64,000 bases of DNA from Antedon mediterranea (Eukaryota > Animalia > Echinodermata), in the NCBI RefSeq assembly GCF_964355755.1, contig NC_092675.1, positions 12,023,812 to 12,087,811 on the forward strand, written 5' to 3'. Positions within the stretch are counted from its first letter, which is position 1. The number at the start of each line of letters is the position of its first letter. Below the pieces are notes generated by a model, which was not told the origin of the DNA, made no database searches, and saw only the letters and a list, made by a program, of their open reading frames with translations. The translations under genes and the position numbers were made by a program. This document shows positions 1 to 12,941 of this stretch, piece by piece.

Positions 1-1111
1 ATTGAAAAAATGTTAGTGCGCTCTCTATTTTGTGTCACGTCAAAGTATATACGGTATACGCTATATTCTGTATACGTACTACATACAGTGCAGAATATGT
101 GAAAATAAGGGACCCAAGTTATTGACGCTTTTAGACATGATGACGTCATCACAACTTAAAAAATGGTAGATTATGCGAAAGATAATTGATTGGTCTAGAC
201 AATATAACAAAATGGGGGGAAATGGAATACGGATAAGTGGAGATGCGCTCTATTAAATGTGATGCGCTATGACGAAAGAGACAAAAACCCTATATTTGAT
301 ATTCGAGTGGCCATACGATGACGTCACAATGTCCGGTTAGCCATATCGATGCATGATTTGATTTCTAAAACTCATCTACTTCCAGAATCTGAAATTTTAA
401 AAAAGTTCACCACGGAGTTTAGAATCTATGACTGTTTTAAGAAAGGCATAATTTTGACAAATTTTTGAACTTTTTCATCAAAAACGCGTGCAAATTGTTC
501 AATTCTACGTGCTCGTATGACGTGATTTTAAGTCGAAATTGATTGAAAATTGGTAAATTTACTAGAAAAAGCTGAAAAAACAAAAATCAAGCAAAAAAAA
601 GATGTTTCTGCGCTACGTGCGCACGCGCGCGTAAAAAAATTGCGCATGCGTGGGAATTTTTGAAATGCTTAAAATGACCTGAAACGCGTAGAAAGTTGAT
701 TAGAAATTGATTTTACGCATTTTGAAATTTTAAACGCGCGTGCGCGCGTAACTTTAAGGAAAAGTGCGATTTCCAATCCATAGAAAGTTAGCGCATGATA
801 TAAACTACACTTTTGCCAAGTTTCAATTAAAATTGCTTTTTGGTTTTTGATCTATGTTAAATACGCGAAAATCACAAAAACGCGCGTAACTTACGCTGCG
901 CGACTATAAAGTCAAAAAACGAAACGTCCTGCACATCTACAGCTACAGGTCAATCTTATGAAAAAGTTACACAATCTTTTGTTTGCCAGAATTTGAGATA
1001 CGCTGCCAACAAAATTCCGGGAAAGAAAGAAGAATAACATAGAAAAAAAAAAAAAAAAAAAAAAAAAGATCCTGACAATAACAAGGGGTTATCCGCCAAG
1101 TGCGGATAACC
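1..1111 (-). mobile_element. Family A unit A1 (truncated by window start)
   Basis: Body matches other A units; terminal hairpin GGTTATCCGCCAAGTGCGGATAACC at 1087-1111. Confidence 0.8.
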
Positions 1112-1113
1112 AA

Positions 1114-2325
1114 CTAGATTTGAACTCGTCACTATGGACGAGTTAGGTTATCCGCAGCGCAAAGGCCACGTGCACGATATAAGTTAGAATATTGCGCGTA
1201 GAAAAACGATTATGCCATTGAAACAATTTAGTGTGCTCTCTATTTTGTATCACGTCTAAGTATATACGGTATACACTATATACTGTATACGTACTACATA
1301 CAGTGTAGAATAGGTGAAAATAAGTGACCAAAGTTATTGACGCTTTTGCACATGATGACGTCATAACAATTATTAAAATGGTGAATCATGCGAAAGATAA
1401 TTGATTGACCTAGACAATATAAAGAAATGGAGGGCAATGGAATACGGATAAGTGGAGATGCGCTCTATTAAATGTGATGAGCTATGACGAAAGAGAAAAG
1501 AATCCTATATTTTATATTCGAGTGGCCATACGATGACGTCACAATGTCCTGTTAGCCATATTGATGCATAATTTGATATCTGCAACTCATCTACTACCAG
1601 AATATGTAATTATAAAAAAGTTCACCACGTAGTTTAGAATCTATGACTGTTTAAAAAAAGGCATAAATTTGACAAATTTTTGAACTTTTTCATCAAAAAT
1701 GCGCGTAAATTGTTCAATTCTACGTGCTCGTATGACGTGATTTTAAGTCGAAATTGATTGAAAATTGGTAAATTTACTAGAAAAGGCTGAAAAAACAAAA
1801 ATCAAGCAAAAAAAAAATGTTTTTGCGCTACGTGCGCACGCGCGCGTAAAAAAATTGCGCACGCGTGGGAATTTATGAAATGCTCAAAATGACATGAAAC
1901 GCGTAGAAAGTTGATTAGAAGTTGATTTTTCGCATTTTGAAATTTTAAACGCGCATGCGCGCGTAACTTTCTCTGAAACATGCCATTTTTAATCCATAGA
2001 AAGTTTGCACTTGATATGACTTAAATTTTCTCCAAGTGTTATTACAAAATGACATTTGGTTTTTAGTCTATGTTAAATACGCGAAATTCATAAAATCGCG
2101 CGTAACTTACGCAACACCGATCTGACATCGTCCAAAAGGTTGGCTGCACATCTACACTTCAATGTCAATCTTTTTACCAAGTTATACAAAGTTATGTTCA
2201 CTAGCAATAGAGATATGCTGGTCACAAAAATCCGGGAAAGAAAGAAGAATAACAAAGAAGATGATGAAGAAAAAGATATTTACAATAACAAGGGTTATCC
2301 GCAACTTAAAAAGTTGCGGATAACC
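1114..2325 (-). mobile_element. Family A unit A2 (variant 5' end)
   Basis: CTAG at 1114; extended terminal hairpin GGTTATCCGCAACTT-AAA-AAGTTGCGGATAACC. Confidence 0.8.
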
Positions 2326-2327
2326 AA

Positions 2328-3531
2328 CTAGATTTGAACTCGTCACTACGGACGAGTTAGGTTATCCGCAGCCCAAAAGCCACGTGCACGTCATACGTTC
2401 GAATATTGCGCGCAGAAAAACGATTATGCCATTGAAAAAATGTTAGTGCGCTCTCTATTTTACGTCACGTCTGAGTATATACGGTATACACTATATATTG
2501 TATACGTACTAAAGACAGTGCAGAATAGGTGAAAATAAGTTATTGACGCTTTTGGACATGATGACGTCATAACAATTTAAATATTTTTAACTCATGCGAA
2601 AGATAATTGATTGACCTAGACAATATAAAAAAATTGAGTGAAATGGAATACGGATAAGTAGAGATGCGCTCTATTAAATTTGACGAGCTATGACGAAAGA
2701 GAACAAAATCCTATTTTTATATTCGAGTGGCCAAACGATGACGTCACAATGTCCGGTTAGCCATATTGATGCATGATTCTATATCTACAACTCATCAAAT
2801 TCCAGAATATGTAATTTTAAAAAAGTTCACCACGTAGTTTAGAATTTATGACTGTTTAAAAAAATGTCTAATTTTGACGAATTTTTGAAGTTTTTCTTCA
2901 AAAACGTGCATAAATTGTTCAATTCTACGTGCTCGTATGACGTGATTTTAAGTCGAAATTGATTGAAAATTGATAAATTTACTAGAAAAGGCTGAAATAA
3001 CAAAAATCAAGCAAAAAAAATACGTTTTTGCGCTACGTGCGCACGCGCGCGTAAAAAAATTGCGAACGCGTGGGAATTTTTGAAATGCTCAAAATGACAT
3101 GAAACGCGTAGAAAGTTGATTAGAAATTGAATTTTCGCATTTTGAAATTTTAAACGCGCGTGCGCGCGTAACTTTCTGTCAAACATGCCATTTTTAATCC
3201 ATAGAAAGTTTGAGCATGTTATGACTTAAATTTTCACCAAGTTTCAATACAAAATGACTTTTAGTTTTTATTCTATGATCAATCATTGAAATTCATAAAA
3301 TTGCGCGTAACTTACGCTGCGCAACTCGAAATTCGAAAAAAAAAGTTTCTTGCACATCTACAGCTACAGGGCTATCTTTTGACAAAGTTATACAATCATA
3401 TGTTGGCCAGAATTAGAGATACGCTGCGAACAAAAATCGTGGAAAGAAAGAAGAAAATAGAAGAAAAAAGAGAAAGAGAAAAAAAAAGATCCTGACAATA
3501 ACAAGAGGTTATCCGCCAAGTGCGGATAACC
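2328..3531 (-). mobile_element. Family A unit A3 (complete)
   Basis: CTAG + hairpin at 2328; terminal hairpin ends at 3531. Confidence 0.8.
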
Positions 3532-3533
3532 AA

Positions 3534-4682
3534 CTAGATTTGAACTCGTCACTACGGACGAGTTAGGTTATCCGCAGAGCAAACGCCACGTGCACGTCAT
3601 ACGTTAGAATATTGCGCAGAGAAAACCATTATGCCATTGAAAAAATGTTAGTGCGCTCTCTATTTTGCGTCACGTCAAAGTATATAATGGTATACACTAT
3701 ACTGTATACGTACTACATACAGTTCAGAATAGGTGAAAATAAGTGACCAAAGTTAATGACGCTTTTGACCATGATGACGTCATCACAATTTTAAAAATAG
3801 TAATTCATGTGAAAGATAATTGATTGACCTAGAAAATATAAAGAAATGGTGGGAATGGAAAACGGATAAGTAGAGATGCGCTCTATTAAATATGATGCGC
3901 TATGACGAAAGAGACAAAAATCCTATATTTCATATTCGAGTGGCCATACGATGACGTCACAATGTCCGGTTAGCCATATCGATGCATGATTCGATATCTA
4001 CAACTCATCTACTTTCAGAATATGTAATTTAAAAAAAGTTCACCACGTAATTTAAAATCTATGACTGTTTAAAAAATGGCATAATTTTGACAAATTTTTG
4101 AATTTTTTCATTAAAAACGCGCGCAAATTGTTCAATTCTACGTGCTCGTATGACGTGATTTTAAGTTTAAATTGATTGAAAATTGGTAAATTTACTAGAA
4201 AAGGGTGGAAAAACAAAAATCAAGCAAAAAAAATATGTTTTTGCGCTACGTGCGCACGCGCGCGTAAGAAAAGTGCGCACGCTTTGGAATTTTTGAAATG
4301 CTCAAAATGACATGAAACGCGTAGAAAGTTGATTAGAAATTGATTTTTCGCATTTTGAAATTTTAAACGCGCATGCGCGCGTAACTTTCTCTAAAACATG
4401 CCATTTTCTCTCTATAGAAAATTAGCGCATGATATGACTTAAATTTTCACCAAGTTTCAATACAAAATGATATATAGTTTTTATTCTATGATCAATCATT
4501 GAAATTCATAAAATCGCGCGTAACTTACGCTGCGCGACTCAAAATTCATAAAAAAAAGTTTCTTGCACATCTACAGCTACAGGGCAATCTTTTGACAAAT
4601 TTATACAATCATATGTTGGCCAGAATTAGAGATACGCTGGCAACAAAAAATGGGAGAGAAGTGTATAAAGAAAGAAATAAAT
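3534..4682 (-). mobile_element. Family A unit A4 (5' terminal module missing)
   Basis: CTAG at 3534; fuses directly into the hairpin of A5 at ~4683 without terminal hairpin or CTAG. Confidence 0.7.
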
Positions 4683-7106
4683 ACTCGTCACTACGGACGA
4701 GTTAGGTTATCCGCAGTCCTAAAGCCACGTGCACGTCATACGTTGGAATATTGCGCGCAGAAAAACGATTATGCCATTGAAAAAATGTGAGTGCTCTCCT
4801 CTATTTTTCGTCACGTCTAAGTATATACGGTATACACTATATACTGTATACGTACTACATACAGTGCAGAATAGGTGAAAATAAGTGACCAAAGTTATTG
4901 ACGCTTTTGAACATGATGACGTCATCACAATTTTTAAAATTGTGAATCGTGCGAAAGATAATTGATTGACTTAGACAACATAAAAAAATGGGGGGAAATG
5001 GAATACAAATAAGTGGAGATGCGCTATATTTAATGTTATGAGCTATGACGAAAGAGACAAAAATCCTATATTTGATATTCGTGTGGCCATACGATGACGT
5101 CACAATGTCCCGTTAGCCAAATCGATCCATGATTCTATATCTACAACTCATCTACATTCAGAATATGTAATTTTAAAAAAGTTCACCACGTAGTTCAGAA
5201 TCTATGACTGTTTAAAAAAAGGCATAATTTTGACGAATTTTTGAACTTTTTCATCAAAAATGCGCGTAAATTGTTTAATTCTACGTGCTCGTATGACGTG
5301 ATTTTAAGTCGGAATTGTTTGAAAGTTGGTAAAATTACTAGAAAAGGCTGAAAAAACAAAAATCAAGCCAAAAAAACATGTTCTTGCCGTACGTGCGCAC
5401 GCGCGCGTAAAAATATTGCGCACCTGTGGGAATTTTTGAAATGCTCAAAATGACATGAAACGCGTAGAAAGTTGATTAGAAATGAATTTTGCGCATTTCA
5501 AACTTTTGAACGCGCGTGCGCGCGTAATTTTTTGTGAAACATGCCATTTTTAATCCATAGAAAGTTTGCGCATTATAAGACTTAAATCTTCACCAAGTTT
5601 CAATACAAAACGACTTTTAGTTTTTATTCTATGATCAATCATTGAAATTCACAAAATCGCGCGTAACTTACGCTGCGTGACTTAAAATTTGAAAAAGAAA
5701 GTTTCTTGCACATCTACAGCTACAGGGCAATCTTTTGACAAAGTTATACAATCATTTGTTAGCCAGAATTAGAGATACGCTGCGAACAAAATTCGTGGAA
5801 AGAAAGAAGAATATAGAAAAAAAAAAAAAAAAAAAGAAAAACTAGATTTGAACTCGTCACTACGGACGAGTTAGGTTATCCGCAGCGCAAAGGCCACGTG
5901 CACGTCATACATTAAAATATTGCGCGCAGAAAAACGATTAAGTCATTGAAACAATTTCAGTGTGCTCTCTATTTTTCGTCACGTCTGAGTATATACGGTA
6001 TACGCTATATATTGTATACGTACTACATACAGTGCAGAATAGGTGAAAATAAGTGACCAAAGTTATTGACGCTTTTGAACATGATGACGTCATTACAATT
6101 TTGAAAATGGTGAATCGTGCGAAAGGTAATTGATAGACCTAGACAACATAAAAAAATGGGGGGAAATGGAATACAAATAAGTGGAGATGCGCTATATTAA
6201 AAGTGACGAGCTACGAGGAAAGAGACAAAAATCCTATATTTTATATTCGAGTGGCCATACGATAACGTCAGAATGTCCGGTTAGCCATATTGATGCATTA
6301 TTTGATATTTGCAACTCATCTACTACCAGAATATGTAATTATAAAAAAGTTCACCACATAGTTTAGAATCTATGACTGTTTAAAAAAAGACATAATTTTG
6401 ACAAATTTTTTAACTTTTTCATCAAAAATGCGCGCAAATTGTTTAATTCTACGTGCTCGTATGACGTAATTTTAAGTCTAAATTGATTTAAAATTGATAA
6501 ATTTACTAGAAAAGGCTGAAAAAACAAAAATCAAGCAAAAAAAGGATGTTTTTGCGCTACGTGTGCACGCGCGCGTAAAAATATTGCGCACGCGTGGGAA
6601 TTTTTGAAATGCTCAAAATGACATGAAACGCGTAGAAAGTTGATTAGAAATGAATTTTGCGCATTTTGAAATTTTGAACGCGCGTACGCGCGTAACTTTT
6701 TGTGAAACATGCCATTTTTAATCCATAGAAAGTTTGCGCATTATAAGACTTAAATTTTCACCAAGTTTCAATACAAAACGACTTTTAGTTTTTATTCTAT
6801 GATCAATCATTGAAATTCACAAAATCGCGCGTAACTTACGCTGCGCGACTCAAAATTTGAAAAAGAAAGTTTCTTGCACATCTACAGCTACAGGGCAATC
6901 TTTTGACAAAGTTATACCATCATTTGTTAGCCAGAATTAGAGATACGCTGCGAACAAAATTCGTGGAAAGAAAGAAGAATATAGAAAAAAAAAAAAAAAA
7001 AAAAGAAAAAAAAGATCCTGACAATAACAAGGGGTTATCCGCCAAGAGCGGATAACCAAAAAGATCCTGACAATAACAAGGGGTTATCCGCCAAGTGCGG
7101 ATAACC
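4683..7106 (-). mobile_element. Family A unit A5 (4683-5841 + 7058-7106), interrupted by A6
   Basis: Body stops in the poly-A at 5841; the missing AAAGATCCTGAC..GCGGATAACC module reappears at 7058-7106 after A6. Confidence 0.75.
5842..7057 (-). mobile_element. Family A unit A6 nested in the A-tract of A5
   Basis: CTAG at 5842 inside poly-A; own terminal hairpin ends at 7057. Confidence 0.8.
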
Positions 7107-7108
7107 AA

Positions 7109-8325
7109 CTAGATTTGAACTCGTCACTACGGACGAGTTAGGTTATCCGCAGCGCAAAGGCCACGTGCACGTCATACGTTGGAATATTGCGCGCAGAAAA
7201 ACGGTTATGCCATTGAAAAAAATGTTAGTGTGCCCTCTATTTTGCGTCACGTCTGAGTATATACGGTATACACTATATACTGTATACGTACTACATACAG
7301 TGCAGAATAGGTGAAAAGAAGTGACCAAAGTTATTGACGCTTTTGAACATGATGACGTCATAACAATTTTAAAAATGGTAAATCATGCGAAAGATAATTG
7401 ATTGACCTAGACAAAATAAAAAAATTGAGGGAAATGGAATACGGATAAGTGGAGATGCGCTCTATTAAATGTGACGAGCTATGACGAAAGAGACAAAAAT
7501 CCTATATTTCATATTCGAGTGGCCAAACGATGACGTCACAATGTCCGGTTAGCCATATCGATGCATGATTCTATATCTACAACTCATTAACTTCCAGAAT
7601 GTGTAATTTAAAAAAAGTTCACCTCGTAGTTTACAATCTATGACTGTTTTAAAAAAGGCATAATTTTGACAAATTTTTGAACTTTTTTTTCAAAAACGCG
7701 CGCAAATTGTTCAATTCTACGTGCTCGTATGACGTGATTTTATGTCGAAATTGATTAAAAATTGGTAGAATTACTAGAAAAGGCTGAAAAAACAAAAACC
7801 AAGCAAAAAAAAGATGTTTTTGCGCTAATTGCGCACGCGCGCGTTAAAAAATTGCGCACGCGTGGGAATTTTTGAAATGCTCAAAATGACCTGAAACGCG
7901 TAGAAAGTTGATTAGAAATTGATTTTACGCATTTTGAAATTTTGAACGCGCGTGCGCGCGTAACTTTCAGTCAAACATGCCATTTTTAATCCATAGAAAG
8001 TTTTAGCATGTTATGACTTAAATTTTCACCAAGTTTCAATACAAAATGACTTTTAGTTTTTATTCTATGATCAATCATTGAAATTCATAAAATCGCGCGT
8101 AACTTACGCTGCGCAACTCGGACATGACCGAAAACCTTATTACGACATCTTCAGATAGAGGTCAATCTTCTGATAAAGTTATACAATGTTATGTTAAGAA
8201 GATTTAGAGATACACTAGCAACAAAATTCGTGGAAAGAAAGAAGAAAATAGAAAAAAAAGAAAAAAAAAAAAAAAAAAAAAGATCCTGACAATAACAAGA
8301 GGTTATCCGCCAAGTGCGGATAACC
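7109..8325 (-). mobile_element. Family A unit A7
   Basis: CTAG at 7109; terminal hairpin ends at 8325; divergent patch ~8120-8220. Confidence 0.8.
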
Positions 8326-8327
8326 AA

Positions 8328-9653
8328 CTAGAACTTAAACTCGTCACTGGAGGACGAGTTTGGTTATCCGCCCGCAACAAAACGTATCTTGCGCATTCAA
8401 GTACTTTTCAGTTGTGACTTTTCCAAAAAGTAGCCTATTCAAAATCAAAACTGCCCTTTCAGTGTAATAACCAAACAATTCCTTTTATTTAATTGTTTTC
8501 CCGTGATGGGATTCGAACCCGGTACCTCTGATACCAAAGTCGGTTGCACTAAACATCGATCCATATGTGCACCTGCTGAAGAAAATCCGAATAAAGAGTC
8601 TTGTTCATTCGGTATGTCGTGAACCCCCTCGATGCAAGTTGATTATTACATATCGAACTTAAATCATAATTTTTACTATGATGAAATCTTCACAAATTTT
8701 AAACAGTGACATATTATGAAAGTGCATACTTTCAAGTTTTATATATTAACATGTAAATAAAAAAGATAAACGTTATGTTTATTGTTTTACTCTTTCAATA
8801 TGTTTATGTTTGTTTGATGATAATTATTTCAAAAATTACATTTAATATGCAAATAATGCAGCCATCAAACACTTTTTAACATTCAAGACTATAATAAATC
8901 ACATCTACGATTCATACACTGTAATAAAATAAAATAAAAAAAGGGAGTAACCTTGCATTCTGATGAACTGTATCACTTTTAAAAGTAGACATATTTTGCA
9001 ACATTTTCACAATTTGTTGACGTTTTCGTGCGCAACCAGTCATGTTTAACGTGCTCGTAGAACGCCATTTCAAGTTGAAAAGGAAATAAAATAACGTAAA
9101 ATTGTTAATCCAAGTTTGAAAAAAACAATCTATGCAAAATAAAAGCTCATACGCGTTCCTTGCGCCGTGCGCGCGTAAAAATGTGGGCACCAGTGGCAAT
9201 TTTTTAAACGCTTAAAATGACTTGAATCGCGTAGAAAGTTGATTAGAAATTGATTTTTCGCATTTTGAAATTTTAAACACGCGTGCGCGCGTAACCTTTT
9301 GTCAAATATGCCATTTTTAATCCATAGAAAGTTTGCGCATGATATCACTTAAATTTTCACAAAGTTTCAATACAAAATGACTTTTAGTTTTTATTCTATG
9401 ATCAATCATTGAAATTCATAAAATCGCCCGTAACTTACGCTGTGCGACTCGAAATTCGAAAAAAAAAGTTTCTTGCACATCTACAGCTACAGGGCAATCT
9501 TTTGACAAAGTTATACAACTTGATATTGGCCAGAATTAGAGATACGCTGCGAACAAAATTCGTGGAAAGAAAGAAGAATAAAGAAAAAAAAAAAAAAAAA
9601 AAAAAAAAAGATCCTTACAATAACAAGGGCTTATCCGCTTGAGGCGGATAACC
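8328..9653 (-). mobile_element. Unit B1, B/A chimera
   Basis: B-type from 8328 to ~9225, A-type ~9230-9620, B-type hairpin loop (CCGCTTGAGGCGG). Confidence 0.75.
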
Positions 9654-9754
9654 AAAAAGAAACACTACAATAACAAAGGTTATCCGCTTGAGGCGGATAA
9701 CCAAAAAGTAACACTACAATTCCAAGGGCTTATCCGCTTGAGGCGGATAACCAA

Positions 9755-11316
9755 CTAGAACTTAAACTCGTCACTTGAGGACGAGTTTGGTTTATCCGCC
9801 AGCAACAAAGCGTATCTTGCGTATTCAAGTACTTCCAAGTTATGACTTTTCCAAAAAAAGTAGGCTATTCAAAATTAAAACTGCCCTCTCAGTGTAATAA
9901 CCAATTAAACCCTTTTAATTAATTGTTTTCCCGTGACGGGACTCGAACCCGGTACCTCTGATACCAAAGTCGGTTGCATTACACATCGAGCCATATGACC
10001 ACCTGCTGACGAAAATCCGAAGAAAGAGTCCTCGTTCATTCGGTATGTCGTGAACCCCCTCGATGCAAGTTGATTATTACATATCAAACTTAAATCATAA
10101 ATTTTACTATGATGAAATCTTCAAAAATTTTAAACGCTGATATTTTATGAAAGTACATACTTTCAAGTTTTATATATTAACATGTAAAGAAAAAAGATAA
10201 ATGTTATGTTTATTGTTTTGCTCTTTGAATAAGTTTATGTTTGTTTGATGATAAATATTTCAAAAATTATATTTAATATGCAAATAATGTAGCCATCAAA
10301 CACGTTTTAGCATTCAACACTATAATAAATCAGACCTATGATTCATACACTGCAAGAAATTAAAATAAAAAATGGGGGTAACCTTGCATTCTGATGAACT
10401 GTTTCATTTTTAAAAGTAGACATATTTTGGAACATTTTCACAATTTGTTGACGTTTTCGTGCGCAACCTGTCATGTTTAACGTGCTCGTAGAACGCCATT
10501 TCAAGTTGAAAAGTGAATAAAATAACGTAAAATTGTTAACCGAAGATTTAAAAACACAAATCGTGTAAAAAAAATGCTCCTACCTGTTCCCTGCGCCGTG
10601 CGCGCGTAAAAATGTGCGCACCAGTGGCAATTTTTTAAACGCTTAAAATGACCTGAATCGTGCTCTAATTTAATCAGAAATTGATTTGAAGCATTTTAAA
10701 ATTTCAAACGCCATTTACGCGCGCACTTTCTAATGTTACAAATTGCGATAGCGTTAAAAAAGTTAACTATTGATGTGAAGCAAACGTGGCTGAAAATGAC
10801 GTTAAAAAATATTCATTTGTTTCGAAGTTATAACCAATTTAAGATTTTCAGAAAATCACGCGTAACTTACGCTACGCGGCTCTGACATTGTCAAAAAGCT
10901 TGGCTGGACAACTTCAGTAAAATGTCTATATGTTGAACAAGTTACAAAATGTTATGTTAACGCGTTACAGAGAAACAGCGTGCACAAATTAGGAGCATTT
11001 TAAAATTTCAAACGCAGTTTACGCGCAGATTTTCTAGTGTTCAAAAATTTGCTGAAGAGCGAAAAAGTTAGCCATTGATGTGAAGAAAACGTGGCTGAAA
11101 ATTTCGTTAAAAAATATTTATCGGTTTCGAAGTTATGACCGATTTAAGATTTTCAGAAAATCGCGCGTAACTTACGCTACGCGGATCTGACATTGTCAAA
11201 AAGCTTCGCAGTACATCTTCAGTTAATTGTCTATATGTTGACCAAGTTACGAAATGTTATGTTAACACGTTCAAGAGAAAACGCGTACACAAAATCTGAG
11301 AAAGAAAGAAGAATAA
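9755..11316 (-). mobile_element. Family B unit B2 body (terminus displaced to 20273-20329)
   Basis: CTAG at 9755; stops at GAAGAATAA where B3 begins; two ~304-bp internal modules. Confidence 0.75.
9930..10000 (-). promoter_or_regulatory. tRNA-derived Pol III A/B-box module in family B (also ~8500, 11490, 13115, 15912, 18698, 22298; related copy in C1 ~14545-14616)
   Basis: Minus strand TGGCTCGATGTG (A-box-like)...CCGACTTTGGTATCAGAGGTACCGGGTTCGAGTCCCG (anticodon/T-arm, B-box); acceptor stem does not pair, so not a tRNA gene. Confidence 0.65.
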
Positions 11317-12935
11317 CTAGATCTTAAACTCGTCACTTGAGGACGAGTTTGGTTATCCGCCCGCAACAAAACATATCTTGCGCATTCAAGTACTTTTCAG
11401 CTGTGATTTTTCCAAAAAGTAACTTATTCAAAATTAAAACTGCCCTTTCAGTGTAATAACCAAACAAATCCTTTTATTTAATCGTTTTCCCGTGATGGGA
11501 TTCGAACCCGGTACCTCTGATACAAAAGTCGGTTGCACTACACATCGAGCCATATGAGCACCTGCTGAAGAAAATCCGAAGAAAGAGTCCTCGTTCATTC
11601 GGTATGTCGTGAACCCCCTCGATGCAAGTTGATTATTACATATCGAACTTAAATCATAATTTTTACTATGATGAAATCTTCACAAATTTTAAACACTGAC
11701 ATATTATGAAAGTGCATACTTTCAAGTTTTATATATTAACATGTAAAGAAAAAAGATAAACGTTATGTTTATTGTTTTACTCTTTGAATATGTTTATGTT
11801 TGTTTGTTGATAATTATTTCAAAAATTACATTTAATATGCAAATAATGTAGCTATCAAACACTTTTTAACATTCAAGACTATAATAAATTAGACCTATGA
11901 TTAATACACTGCAAGAAAATAAAATAAAAAATGGGGGTAACCTTGCATTCTGATGAACTGTTTCATTTTTAAAAGTAGACATATTTTGCAACATTTTCAC
12001 AATTTGTTGACGTTTTCATGCGCAACCTATCATGTTTAACGTGCTCGTAGAACGCCATTTCAAGTTGAAAAGTGAATAAAATAACGTAAAATTGTTAACC
12101 GAAAATTTTAATACACAAATCGTGTAAAAGAAATGTTCATACGTGTTCCCTGCGCCCTGCGCGCGTAAAAATGTGCGCACCAGTGGCAATTTTTTAAACG
12201 CTTAAAATGACCTGAATCGTGCTCTAATTTAATCAGAAATTGATTTGAAGCATTTTAAAATTTCAAACGCCATTTACGCGCGCACTTTCTAATGTTACAA
12301 ATTGCGGTAGCGTTAAAAAAGTTAACTATTGATGTGAAGCAAACGTGGCTGAAAATGACGTTAAAAAATATTCATTTTTTTCGAAGTTATAACCAATTTA
12401 AGATTTTCAGAAAATCACGCGTAACTTACGCTACGCGGCTCTGGCATCGTCAAAAAGCTTGGCTGGACAACTTCAGTAAAATGTCTAAATGCTGAACAAG
12501 TTACAACATATTATGTGTACACGTTGAAGAGAAACAGCGTGCACAAAATAAGAAGAGTAAAATATTTCAAACGCAATTTACGCGAAAATTTTCTAATCTC
12601 CAAAAATTTGTTAAACATTCCAAAAGTTAGCCATTGATGTGAAGAAAACGTGGCTGAAAATTTCGTTAAAAAATATTTATCGGTTTCGAAGTTATGACCG
12701 ATTTAAGATTTTCAGAAAATCGCGCGTGACTTACGCTACGCGGATCTGACAGCGTCCAAAAGCTTGGCTGAACATCTTCAGTTAAATGTCTAAATGTTGA
12801 CCAAGTTACAACATGTTATGTTAACACGTTGAAGAGAAAACGCGTGCACAAAATCTGAGAAAGAAAGAAGAATAATAAAAAAAAAAAAAAGTAACACTAC
12901 AATAACAAATGCTTATCCGCATGAGGCGGATAACC
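11317..12935 (-). mobile_element. Family B unit B3 (complete)
   Basis: CTAG at 11317; terminus AACAAATGCTTATCCGCATGAGGCGGATAACC. Confidence 0.8.
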
Positions 12936-12941
12936 AATAAA

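Noticed and set aside
8500-8575. Functional tRNA genes in B units
   Set aside because: Acceptor stem does not pair and the anticodon arm is imperfect; treated as a tRNA-derived module.
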